From a virus, in UHGV virus genome UHGV-1358930: a stretch of 64,000 nt of DNA; one strand, 5' to 3'. Position 1 is the stretch's first letter. Every line of letters starts with the position of its first letter. A program made the position numbers and the translations under genes. Under the pieces are notes generated by a model. That model ran no database searches and was not told where the DNA came from. It worked only from the letters and a program-made list of their open reading frames with translations. Shown piece after piece: positions 20,133 to 29,936 of the stretch.

Positions 20133-20184
20133 CTCAAAATAATTTAAGGTTAAAAAATAATATCATCTTAATATAAAAAAGGAA

Positions 20185-21192
20185 ATGCTATATATGAATA
20201 TTGATACCATAATTGATAAACTTTCATCTCAAGGGTTTATACGCCTAAATAGGCATATAGGCGACTACTATAGCTGCTATTGCCCATTTCACAGTGATGG
20301 AAAAGAGAAAAAGCCGTCCTCTGGTATATTGCTAAGAGACCAGTATCGCAATGGACAGCACTATCCTGCTGGATTCTTTAACTGTTTCACTTGTCACCAT
20401 GCATATCAACTGGAAGAGTTCATCACAGAGCTATTGAAAGTTAATTCTATCCACATGTCTGGTAGAGATTGGCTCATCAAGAATGATCCAGATTATGATC
20501 CAGATACAGAATTTGAATATCTCTTACCTAGAGATATGATGCAGTCTGTCGTGAATTCTTTTGCATTAAAGCAGATATCTAGTAAGTCGGGAGTTCAAAA
20601 ACCTTCATTCATATCTGAGTCAGAACTTTCTAAGTATAGATACACAGTACAGTATATGTATGACCGAAAACTTACAGACACTGTGATCGACTTATTTGAC
20701 GTAGGGTTTGATGCTAATTTCGTTCCAGCAGGAAGAAAGAAATCAGTTCCATGCGTCACATTCCCGGTAAGAGATGTCCACGGAAATACGCTGTTCATCT
20801 GCAGACGATCGATTGAAGGAAAATCATTCTATCTACCGTCAAACATAGAAAAATCTGTATATGGGCTGTATGAATTACCTCAAGGATGTAAATCTGTTAT
20901 CATCGCGGAAAGCTGCTTCAATGTTCTAACTTCTTACGTTTACGGTGTACCTGCTGTAGGTCTACTAGGTACTGGTACTCCTCATCAGATTTCTCAGCTT
21001 AGAAGTTTAGGTGTAAATGAGTTTGTATTAGGATTAGATCCAGATGAAGCAGGAGATAGAGCTTGCAAGCGATTGAAACGAGCACTCGGCGATATTGCTA
21101 TTATCCGACGCATGAATGGAATACCTGAAGGAAAAGATATAAATGACCTCACCAAGTCTGAATTTTTAGACATATACAGAAGTAGAATGTGA
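20185..21192 (+). CDS. DNA primase (DnaG-like, CHC2 Zn finger + TOPRIM)
   Basis: 'CYCPFHSDGKEKKPS' Zn ribbon; TOPRIM 'IIAESCFN...LGLDPDEAGDRA'. Confidence 0.7.
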   Translation: MLYMNIDTIIDKLSSQGFIRLNRHIGDYYSCYCPFHSDGKEKKPSSGILLRDQYRNGQHYPAGFFNCFTCHHAYQLEEFITELLKVNSIHMSGRDWLIKNDPDYDPDTEFEYLLPRDMMQSVVNSFALKQISSKSGVQKPSFISESELSKYRYTVQYMYDRKLTDTVIDLFDVGFDANFVPAGRKKSVPCVTFPVRDVHGNTLFICRRSIEGKSFYLPSNIEKSVYGLYELPQGCKSVIIAESCFNVLTSYVYGVPAVGLLGTGTPHQISQLRSLGVNEFVLGLDPDEAGDRACKRLKRALGDIAIIRRMNGIPEGKDINDLTKSEFLDIYRSRM

Positions 21193-21233
21193 TAGATCGT
21201 TAAAATTAAATGTACTAAATACTTAGGAGTGAT

Positions 21234-21521
21234 ATGTTGATTACACTGAATATTAGAAATTGTAAGATTTTAGACACTGCGACTTTATCTAAATTGACAG
21301 CATATATTGATAAGTTGCAAAATAAACTTGAAGCTGCTGAGATGGTTGAATCGCAGCAGAATATGTTGATCGACGCGTTGATCGAAGAAAATCAAAGACT
21401 TCATACTTTAGTAGATACTGGGCGGGATACCAATGAAACTAAACAAACAGCAAGAAAAGCTAATAGATCTATCGTTTCTGTCCGATATAAAACAAGCTCA
21501 AGTTATGCAGACATGCGATAA
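21234..21521 (+). CDS. Hypothetical coiled-coil protein
   Basis: 95-aa ORF. Confidence 0.35.
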   Translation: MLITLNIRNCKILDTATLSKLTAYIDKLQNKLEAAEMVESQQNMLIDALIEENQRLHTLVDTGRDTNETKQTARKANRSIVSVRYKTSSSYADMR

Positions 21522-21729
21522 GATTATCGAAGATTTGACAAGCAACCACTCTAGCATTAGACAATGTTCTGATAACATAGGAGTGCCTAAGTCTACAATT
21601 CATCTTTATATTCACACTTATATTAGAGAATATTATAACAGCGATTATAAGGAGATCCAGCATCTTTTGCAATTCAACAAGAGATACAGATGCAAATGTA
21701 GAAGATGCTGGACAGAAAGGTACTGGTGA
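21505..21729 (+). CDS. Small HTH protein (sigma-70 region-4-like)
   Basis: 'SIRQCSDNIGVPKSTIHLYIH' HTH-like. Confidence 0.3.
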   Translation: MQTCDKIIEDLTSNHSSIRQCSDNIGVPKSTIHLYIHTYIREYYNSDYKEIQHLLQFNKRYRCKCRRCWTERYW

Positions 21730-21733
21730 TATT

Positions 21734-22924
21734 TTGAATTATGCTTGGATGTTGAGGCAAGACGGTACGGCATTCAGCTGCACACATCATTTATATTGCA
21801 TGGATGACGACGATTTATCTTCTGAAGCAGAGTGTGCTGCATTTATTTTAAATAGCAACTCTAAAGATTCTAAATTAGCCGAATTGATTCTAGACGCTTG
21901 GATGGCATTAGGGATTGAAAACTCTGTCAACTACGATGCGGATGAAGAAGACATTGAAAATGCAATCATCAAATTTGCAAACTCCGTTCCATATCATTTT
22001 CAATTTGAGTTAAAGTTAAGCAAGCTGTTACAGATTCACAAATCTGCACATAATTATAGCGATGTGGACAGCTTGTATGAGTTCTGTGACTATGTTAGAT
22101 CTGAGTTATCTACGCTTCAAAGACAGATAAAACATTCTATCAATCAGCAGTTTTGTAGAGTTAGATTTGGAGGGCAGTATGACTCAATCAATCCTACTAG
22201 CACACTTTGGTTTAGAATCTCTAGTGTAGGATTCAATTGGGCTGATACTATATACATTTTCGCTTCAGAATGCAAGAAGTCTTATCATGTAGCATACATT
22301 ACCATATGTAGAGATCATGAATCTGACAATGGTATAGATTCAGACGCAGATGAATATTTCTACAAGGCTCGAGATGGAGCTATCTATTACAACATGCCGA
22401 TTGAAGAGTTCCTTGCTGAAGAACATGAACATTCTTTAGTATTTTCTAACAAGCAGATAAATGTCATGAAGGGCTACGTGAAGACCATTAGAGATTGCTT
22501 CAAGTTTGGTAAAACCGAGCAAGAAACTGCAGATATTTTATTGTCGCACGATATTAACTATGATCCGATGATGTGGGATAGATTGAAGAATAGAGACAGA
22601 GCGCGTTTCTGTATTGCAGCGTCACAATACTTTGATGAGGCAAACAACAGGACAAAGAACCGATTGAACAAGATTATGAATATGATCATCAATCGCTACC
22701 CTGAAATCAAATCTGTGGATATTGACTACAAATACAGAGACAAGGTGAGAGGTAAAACACCTGGATGCGAATATCTATTCTATTTGACATCTAACTTTGA
22801 TGAAATTGATAGACTAGAAATATCAACTGTATTCAATCGTCTAGAAACAAACCCGGATATTATCTTTAGAAGATTCAAACAGGAATATGAATCGTATAAA
22901 GAATACTCAAACTTGAATATCTAA
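21734..22924 (+). CDS. Hypothetical protein (396 aa)
   Basis: Long ORF. Confidence 0.5.
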   Translation: MNYAWMLRQDGTAFSCTHHLYCMDDDDLSSEAECAAFILNSNSKDSKLAELILDAWMALGIENSVNYDADEEDIENAIIKFANSVPYHFQFELKLSKLLQIHKSAHNYSDVDSLYEFCDYVRSELSTLQRQIKHSINQQFCRVRFGGQYDSINPTSTLWFRISSVGFNWADTIYIFASECKKSYHVAYITICRDHESDNGIDSDADEYFYKARDGAIYYNMPIEEFLAEEHEHSLVFSNKQINVMKGYVKTIRDCFKFGKTEQETADILLSHDINYDPMMWDRLKNRDRARFCIAASQYFDEANNRTKNRLNKIMNMIINRYPEIKSVDIDYKYRDKVRGKTPGCEYLFYLTSNFDEIDRLEISTVFNRLETNPDIIFRRFKQEYESYKEYSNLNI

Positions 22925-23039
22925 ATCTAAATATTAACGAATTATTAACGAACGGAAATAGGTATTGACTTTTTAGCCATTTTATCTTATAATAATAGCA
23001 TAATAAGTCAACCAAATAACACATATCAAAACACATCAA

Positions 23040-23747
23040 TTGGAGGATTTACAAATGGCTAAGAGAATCAGATTCAACGATATTTCCCGTTTCGACAAAA
23101 ACAACAGAAGAAGAATTGCTCATGGCTCAGATCCTATTCCGGTTGTTAGACCCTTCCGTGCAGCGTATCTGATGTTCCGTGACTATCTCGATTATGACAG
23201 ACCGCTGACTTATAATGAATGGATGAATCGTCTGGAATCAGATAAGGCAGCGGCTTTATATGTTCAGTTCTACGATCAGATTCAGCTTGCTTGGTACAAA
23301 GCAAAAAGCTTCTATGCTGTTGAAGAAGATGGCGTGTCTACAATGATGCAATATCTTATGAAGAATGTTCCTGTCATCAACAAAGACGAAAAGCGCTTCA
23401 CACCTCGTTATATATATCGTGTAGCTTACAACTGCTTGTATTGCATCTGTCATGACATCAAAGTTGATAAAGACAGATGGGAGTTAGAGAGCAGCAATAT
23501 TACATCTAATTCCGATGAAGAAGAAGTAGATGTGTTCAATTTCATTCCGTCTAATTTTGACATTGAGCGAATGATGAATGAAGAAAAATTCTGGAAGGCT
23601 ATCATGTCTCAAGACGAAGATACAATTACATATGTGGATTGCGTCATCAATCATACAAGATTTCCTGCGGGTATGAAAGCTAGAAGTCCTAAGATCATCG
23701 CAAAGTTAAAGGTAGTTCTTTCAGAACTGGCTGATGAGGAGTTCTAA
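23040..23747 (+). CDS. Hypothetical protein (235 aa)
   Basis: SD GGAGGA upstream. Confidence 0.5.
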   Translation: MEDLQMAKRIRFNDISRFDKNNRRRIAHGSDPIPVVRPFRAAYLMFRDYLDYDRPLTYNEWMNRLESDKAAALYVQFYDQIQLAWYKAKSFYAVEEDGVSTMMQYLMKNVPVINKDEKRFTPRYIYRVAYNCLYCICHDIKVDKDRWELESSNITSNSDEEEVDVFNFIPSNFDIERMMNEEKFWKAIMSQDEDTITYVDCVINHTRFPAGMKARSPKIIAKLKVVLSELADEEF

Positions 23748-24174
23748 AATGAAACGTACTATCACTCAAAGTATACGAGTAGAGCTCAGCTATCTGATGA
23801 AGCTAAACGGAAAGCCTCTATTGAATTCACATGCCTATCGAGTTGAAGCTACGATTTGCAATAATTCTAACATTGGCAGGATGATGGATTTCGAGGATAT
23901 ATCAAAACTACTGTTTGAGGCTATCCCAACGAATTCATTTCTCATTTCTACATCAAGCGAAGAAGCTGAGTTAGAAGTAGCTAAAGCGCTGAAGCAGTTT
24001 GGAGTTCCTGTAATTGTATATTCTGAAGAGCTCTGTACAGAGAACTTGTTGATGCTATTCGTCAAATCCATAAATCAAAAACTAGCAGAATATTCAGACA
24101 GTTTAAGTTCATACGAACTGGTAGAGCTTAAGCTTTGGGAAACCGATAATTATTGTGCTACTTACGTAGCATAA
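23734..24174 (+). CDS. Hypothetical protein (146 aa)
   Basis: Coupled ORF. Confidence 0.4.
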   Translation: MRSSKMKRTITQSIRVELSYLMKLNGKPLLNSHAYRVEATICNNSNIGRMMDFEDISKLLFEAIPTNSFLISTSSEEAELEVAKALKQFGVPVIVYSEELCTENLLMLFVKSINQKLAEYSDSLSSYELVELKLWETDNYCATYVA

Positions 24175-24220
24175 TGAAATTTATAGCATATCTAGATATA
24201 TCAAATTAGGAGGCAATAAT

Positions 24221-24931
24221 ATGGCATTCAAAACAGTAGACAGCTACAACGAAGCACGATTTGGTGGATTCTTCCTTCTTAGAAACGATGGAGATTACGC
24301 TGATGTAATCTTCATGTATAGAAGTAGAGAAGATGTACTTGTTGCAGATACACATTACATCAAGTCTGCTGACTATCAGGGATACGTTCATTGCTGTGGT
24401 AAGGGTTGTCCTGCGTGTCAGAAGGGCATCAGAGTTCAGACAAAACTGTTCATCCCTCTCTACAACATTTCCGAAGGTAAGATTGAATTCTGGGACAGAA
24501 CAATGCGATTCGAGCCGCAGCTGATGAACGATGTATTCAAGAATTTTGCTAATCCTTCCGAATATGTATTCAGAGTTACGCGACATGGCGCAGCTGGATC
24601 TATTGATACAACCTATGAGATCCAAGCTATTTCTAGAAACAACGTCATGTCCTACGCGGATATCCTTGCATCTAACAATGTAACTTCTCCTGAGTATTAT
24701 TCGGAAGTTTGCAAAGAAGTCGATAGTTTCCATCTTTCTGACATGCTAAATGAACGAGCAGATAATGTATCTACTCCTTCAACTGCTGCGTATAGCGCAA
24801 ATCTTCCGGATTATCAGATTAAGCCTAGAGCTGTTGCAACTACGTACACTGATCCAGCTCCCGCAATTGAAATTCCGGACGACAATGATTCTAGCTTAGA
24901 ATCTTTAGACGAAGACGATGTTAATTTTTGA
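24221..24931 (+). CDS. gp32-like single-stranded DNA-binding protein
   Basis: Zn motif 'HCCGKGCPACQKG' parallels T4 gp32 'H..C...CPVCQY'; acidic C-terminal tail 'EIPDDNDSSLESLDEDDVNF'; SD AGGAGG. Confidence 0.5.
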   Translation: MAFKTVDSYNEARFGGFFLLRNDGDYADVIFMYRSREDVLVADTHYIKSADYQGYVHCCGKGCPACQKGIRVQTKLFIPLYNISEGKIEFWDRTMRFEPQLMNDVFKNFANPSEYVFRVTRHGAAGSIDTTYEIQAISRNNVMSYADILASNNVTSPEYYSEVCKEVDSFHLSDMLNERADNVSTPSTAAYSANLPDYQIKPRAVATTYTDPAPAIEIPDDNDSSLESLDEDDVNF

Positions 24932-25096
24932 TCTAATCTAAGCTATCAGAAGCCGATTCACTTTTCATTATCAACAACAACAAAATATTTGACCTGTAAT
25001 CGTTATATATCTTGAGGAGGGCTTCACACATTAGATAGACTTAATTGTGTGAAGCTTTTCTTTATACAAAAATAAACTGATAAGGAGGACATTAAG

Positions 25097-26365
25097 TTGA
25101 GTTTATTTACCAAGTCACAAATGGCGAAATTCAATGAAGTTGCCGAACGAAGCAAACAGCTTAACAAAGAAAAACCAAAGTCTGTAAATGTATCTACAGT
25201 AAATGCGGAATTGAAGTCGATGTCAGATTCTGTGCTAGAATACTTCAAAGACTCCCCTGCTATCTGCATTCGAACCGCTGATCAGCTACATGAATACATT
25301 GATAAATGTATCGAAGCTGGATACGCTGGTATAGATACAGAAACAACGGGACTAGACAGACAAAGAGATTACATTGTAGGCGCGTCTTTATATTATCCGG
25401 ATGGTACAGAATGTTATATTCCGATGAAACATAAGATCCCTATTTTCGAAACTCCTTACAAAAATCAACTGTCTTATGAAGAAGTAACTAAAGAATTCAA
25501 ACGACTAGAAAACAGCAACATACGACTCATTTTTGCAAATGCTGACTTCGACTTAGCAATGATCTACAAGGATCTAAAAGTTGATTTCAACGATAGATTC
25601 TATTATGATGTTATTCTTGCATGGCGTTGTTTGAAGGAGAATGAGTTACACAATGACTTGAAATTCCTTTACAATAAATATGTATTGAAAGGAAAAGGAG
25701 ATCCTAAACGTTTTAGCGATTTCTTTTCTGTAAAGCTGTTCCCATATTCTGATCCTGAAATCGCTAAATTGTACGCAGCAAACGACGCAAAAATCACATT
25801 TCAACTGTTCAAGTGGCAGCTTCCTTATGTTACAGAAAGTCATCCTAAGTGTCAGAAAGCTCACCTAGAAGCAATATCTAGACTCATTTGGAACATAGAG
25901 TTTCCACTGGTTAAAGTCTGCCAGAATATGTATAGAAGAGGTTCATACATTGATTCTAATGTTGCTAGTGTTTTGAAAAAGCGATACAGAGATGAATACA
26001 ATGTAGAAGTCAAAAAGCTACAAGACATGGTACAAAAAATCATTGATAATACGAATATAGCATATTCAGGTAAACGTCCATTTACTAGAGGAGCAGATTT
26101 CAACCCATCTTCACCTCCTCAAGTTAAATATTTGATATACAATCTACTTCAAATTCCTAAAGGATCGTCTTCTGGAACAGGTAAAGAAGTATTGAACGAA
26201 CTTAATCTGCCTGTAACAAATCAGATACTGAAGGTAAGATCTCTATCTGTACTTATCAATACATTCGTAGAGAAGCTACCAGCTGCCGCAAGTCTGGATC
26301 ATAGAATTCATGGTCAGTTCAAGCAGGTGGGTGCAGCCACGGGCAGGTTGTCTTGTGCCGAGCCT
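25097..26365 (+). CDS. polA: DNA polymerase I (family A) exon 1: 3'-5' exonuclease domain and N-terminal polymerase part, ends '...TGRLSCAEP'
   Basis: Exo I 'GIDTETTGLD'; '..ATGRLSCAEP' = TGRLSSxxP motif; ORF then runs into intron. Confidence 0.75.
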
Positions 26366-27271
26366 AAACATGATAAATCAGATTGGGCTCGTAAAATCGA
26401 GTTAATTCAGGGAAGGGTAGCAGCTTGACGCTGTGAGATAACCCTGAGCCAAGGCTCTCATATATCTACTTAGGAGGTACACGATATGAGAAAGATTCAA
26501 TTCAATGAAGAGACCATCAATGCAATTAAAAATTTTATAGAGTCTGGTCACACAATGGAAGAGACATGTAACAGATTTACGCTCAAATACGATACATTGA
26601 AACGTGTAATGTTTGAGAACAATCTGAAGCCGTATAGAGCAGATAAATCACATCCCGTTATCTTCACTAGAGATGAGGAAAACATCGTATGTAAGCTATA
26701 TTCGACAACTTCAATGACAATGAAAGATATCTGTAAAGAAGTGAAGCTACCTGATTACGCTGTGCAGAAAATACTATCGGATAATTTTTCTGAAAAATAC
26801 AGAAATGAAAGGAAAGCAAAGCTTTATAGATTGTCCAAACGGTGCGAGAATAGTCCGTGGTTTCAGAAATACGGAGCAGACTCTTCTCAGTGGGTCGGAG
26901 GCGTTGTAGACGATGGCAACGGATATGATATGATCAAAAAACCTGAGTGGTACACAGGTAGAAAGTGTTCTGATTATGTCTTTTTACATACAGTTGTGAT
27001 GTGTGAGCACTTAGGTCTAACTGAACTTCCTAAAGGATATGTAGTACATCATATCGACGGAAACAAGAAAAATAACACAATAGATAATTTAGCGTTGATG
27101 ACCGTGTCAGGACACAGTAAGTTACATTTGTTGATGAAGAATCTATGCAAGGTGCAGAGACTATCCGAACAGGAGTAAGCGAAAGCTGAAATGCTAGACA
27201 ATGGTTGTGTATGACATCTATCATTCCTACTAGTTATACAAGCCATCGAAGATATAGTCCACAAATAATTG
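26366..27271 (+). mobile_element. Group I intron 1 in polA carrying an HNH homing endonuclease ORF
   Basis: Exon ends in U, intron ends in G; canonical S element AAGATATAGTCC at 27249-27260; exon 2 resumes 'NLMNIP'. Confidence 0.65.
26486..27178 (+). CDS. Intron-encoded HNH homing endonuclease (I-HmuI-like)
   Basis: 'GYVVHHIDGNKKNNTIDNLALMTVSGHSKLH' HNH motif; SD AGGAGG. Confidence 0.75.
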   Translation: MRKIQFNEETINAIKNFIESGHTMEETCNRFTLKYDTLKRVMFENNLKPYRADKSHPVIFTRDEENIVCKLYSTTSMTMKDICKEVKLPDYAVQKILSDNFSEKYRNERKAKLYRLSKRCENSPWFQKYGADSSQWVGGVVDDGNGYDMIKKPEWYTGRKCSDYVFLHTVVMCEHLGLTELPKGYVVHHIDGNKKNNTIDNLALMTVSGHSKLHLLMKNLCKVQRLSEQE

Positions 27272-27349
27272 AACCTGATGAATATCCCGTCGCATGCGGT
27301 TGATATTCGACATATGTTCAGAGCAACTCCCCAGAAAGATTACACAGTT
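27272..27349 (+). CDS. polA: polA exon 2a (26 aa: NLMNIPSHAVDIRHMFRATPQKDYTV; contains motif A Asp 'DYT')
   Basis: Aligns to PolA 'NLQNIPVRT...IRRAF...DYSQ'; junction inferred. Confidence 0.5.
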
Positions 27350-28710
27350 GAATCAGAAGTAGATGACAATAACGAAGTATCATTCGTTATTGATAATGGA
27401 CATGAATTACAAACATCTGAAGGATATAAGCCAGTAGTAGATATTGTTCCCGGAGATGTTGTAATGTTTGATGATAAGGAGGTATCAAGCTTAATTGTCA
27501 AAGAAGTTGAAACTAAAGGTACGTCAACCCGAGTACGTTTTGATGTCATCTGACTACAGTTTACGAAAGTTGGCTGTAGTAAAACCTTGTTAAGTCGATG
27601 AATACTTGATAGATAATTCTATAACCTAAATACAAGAATTGGTTCGACTATCAAGTTAATATCGAGCAAAATAGGACCTTTTATCTTGTTGAGTATAGTC
27701 TCTTAAAAATTGGAGGTATTCGACATGATAATATATAAAATATACAATGATGTTAATTCTAAGCTTTACATCGGTCAAACAACAAAATCGCTTGAAGAAA
27801 GAATAAATGGGCATCATTCTTCTATGATAGGAGGGCAAGATACTCATCTATATCGAGCAATGCGAAAATACGGATGGGAAAAGTTTCATTTTGAAATAAT
27901 ATCCAGAGCTGATAGTCAAGATGAATTAAATTATCTTGAAGAGTATTATATCCGTAAGTTAGATACAATAAGAAATGGATATAACATGGCTCCAGGAGGA
28001 TCAAAAAATGTTATGTACTCATCTATCGTAGCAGCTAAACATGATGCTAAAATGAGAACAGATTCTGTAAGAAAGAAAATATCAGAATCAATGAAAAAGT
28101 CTTATGCTTCACGCGGTGGTCCCTCAGAAGAACACAGGAAGCATCTTTCACAAGCCAAGAAGGAATATTATCAAACTCCTGAAAGCGAATTGACACGAGA
28201 AAGGTTTAGAAAGTCATTCAAGCTATCTCCTGAGCATTATAAGGCACTGAATGACGCGAAAAACAAAAGTGTATATTGCATAAATGAATCTAATGAAGTA
28301 GTTGCAAAATTTGATAGGGTCAAAGATGCAGCTATTTGGTGGATGTCTACTGGGTACAAAGTTAAACATTATGATCAACTTTGTGACAAAATAAAAGAGT
28401 CCAGCAAGCAAAATAGATTCATAAAGGGGCTAAAATGGTTCTATTGTGTGTAGAGACTATCGAAAGCTAGAAATTGACATTCAGAGAAATCTGTAAATGA
28501 TTTTAGGTAAATCAGGTCAGTTGAGATAACCAAGTGAGTAGAGTACAGCTCAAGTGAGTTAGCATCTGCATGATATTAGTGTAGAGTAAGCCTATTGAAT
28601 GGAAATTCAAGGGTTCATTTGAATTGGTGATAGATTCAAATGTTCAAGAGATAGTCCGGCACTCTTGGTGACAAGAGAAATGTTTAACGAACATTCAACT
28701 AATTAAGCAG
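27350..28710 (+). mobile_element. Group I intron 2 in polA carrying a GIY-YIG endonuclease ORF
   Basis: S-like element AGAGATAGTCCGG 28647-28660; shares GAGATAACC element with intron 1. Confidence 0.5.
27710..28453 (+). CDS. Intron-encoded GIY-YIG homing endonuclease
   Basis: 'IYKIYNDVNSKLYIGQTTKSLEERINGH' GIY-YIG motif + R..E. Confidence 0.75.
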   Translation: MEVFDMIIYKIYNDVNSKLYIGQTTKSLEERINGHHSSMIGGQDTHLYRAMRKYGWEKFHFEIISRADSQDELNYLEEYYIRKLDTIRNGYNMAPGGSKNVMYSSIVAAKHDAKMRTDSVRKKISESMKKSYASRGGPSEEHRKHLSQAKKEYYQTPESELTRERFRKSFKLSPEHYKALNDAKNKSVYCINESNEVVAKFDRVKDAAIWWMSTGYKVKHYDQLCDKIKESSKQNRFIKGLKWFYCV

Positions 28711-28911
28711 CAAGAACCAAAAATTTGCGCATACGTAGGTAACATCAAAGAACTTTGCGAAGGTTTTGCAAACGGGAAAGATGCTTACGCGATGATCGCA
28801 GCTGTTTCTTTCAATAAGTCATATGAAGAATGCTTAGAGTTTCACCCTGTTACGCATGAGTATCAGCCTGAAGGTAAAGCAAGAAGAACAGAATCGAAGT
28901 CCGTACTTTTG
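28711..28911 (+). CDS. polA: polA exon 2b (67 aa, ends '...ARRTESKSVLLG' = motif B RRxxKxxNFG)
   Basis: 'QEPKICAYVGNIKELCEGFANGKDAYAMIAAVSF' aligns to Bsu PolI 'IELRLLAHIADDDNLIEAFQRDLDIHTKTAMDIF'; not annotated in ORF track (no start codon). Confidence 0.5.
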
Positions 28912-29936
28912 GGTGAACGTAAAAGTTATGCCCCATATTTCAAGTTCTCGCATTAAATTTGCTTGAAATATGAAAATCTTGTGAACTACATTGCTCATAG
29001 GTGTTGAGAACACGATTAGGATATACAGGAAATGGTATATAGGTTCTCAGCTAACTGGGGATACTCAAAAGAGTGAATCCAGTGCCAAGCATCAAGTCTT
29101 CACGGAGTTCTATACCTTACATCATATCGGAGGTGTAGAACTTGAACAATTATTCATCATACATCATAACTTGTAAGGACAATGGAATGCAATACATCGG
29201 AATAACTTCTATTGGTTTAAGAAATAGGTGGTATGCACATGTTTCATGTTCTCGAAATTTAAGTAGTAATAATCCAATGTATAAGGATATGAAAGAATTT
29301 GGAGAATCCTCTTTTGAAATACATGAAATTGAATCTGGGTTATCAAAAGAAGAAGCCGATGCGCGTGAAAAGGAACTAATAAAGATTTATAATACAAAGT
29401 GGCCTAACGGATACAACTTAACAGACGGTGGATTCAAGAATGATGGACAGTTATTACCAGAAGGTCGATCGGCTAGAATATCTTGTAAGCTACGCGGAGT
29501 TCCTAAATCAAGCGAGCATAGATTGCATCTAAGTCAGTCTAGGATTGGAAAATACAAAGGAGCAGACAACGCCTTCTATGGTAAACATCATTCTGATGAA
29601 ACTATATTGAATCTTCAGAAGCTATTATCCCACGGAAAGGTTTATCAGTTAGACAAAAAATCTAAATTAGTTGTAGGCACATTTGATAGCGCAGCGTTTG
29701 CAGCAAGATACATATCTGAAAACAAATTATCTTCTGCAAAAATAGATACTATAAATGCTAGATTATGCGAAGTTATGAACAATGATAATCGTTCCGCATA
29801 CGGTTTTATGTGGAGACGCGATGAAGGTCAATCGACTAAGTATTAGAAGAGAAAATAGAGCTACTCTTCGAAGCGCAAGACATTAAGCGAGATAATGATG
29901 ATATAGTCAGCGCCACAAGTGATTGTGGACTAAGTG
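28912..29936 (+). mobile_element. Group I intron 3 in polA (splits motif B) carrying a second GIY-YIG endonuclease ORF
   Basis: Exon 2b ends ..GGT (U), intron ends ..AAGTG (G); S-like GATATAGTCAG at ~29900. Confidence 0.55.
29142..29846 (+). CDS. Intron-encoded GIY-YIG homing endonuclease (second copy, paralog of 27710)
   Basis: 'YIITCKDNGMQYIGITSIGLRNRWYAH' GIY-YIG; C-terminal region similar to 27710 ORF. Confidence 0.75.
   Translation: MNNYSSYIITCKDNGMQYIGITSIGLRNRWYAHVSCSRNLSSNNPMYKDMKEFGESSFEIHEIESGLSKEEADAREKELIKIYNTKWPNGYNLTDGGFKNDGQLLPEGRSARISCKLRGVPKSSEHRLHLSQSRIGKYKGADNAFYGKHHSDETILNLQKLLSHGKVYQLDKKSKLVVGTFDSAAFAARYISENKLSSAKIDTINARLCEVMNNDNRSAYGFMWRRDEGQSTKY

Larger units (their letters stand above)
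18263..20175 (-). mobile_element. IS607-family insertion element (tnpA serine recombinase + tnpB) inserted between dnaB and primase
   Basis: Two overlapping - strand genes of IS607 type; right-end ~160 nt is repeated at 63718..64000. Confidence 0.7.

Noticed and set aside
27269-27553. ORF 27269..27553 as an independent 94-aa gene
   Set aside because: Its first 26 codons are polA exon 2a. The remainder is read-through into intron 2 and has no polymerase similarity.
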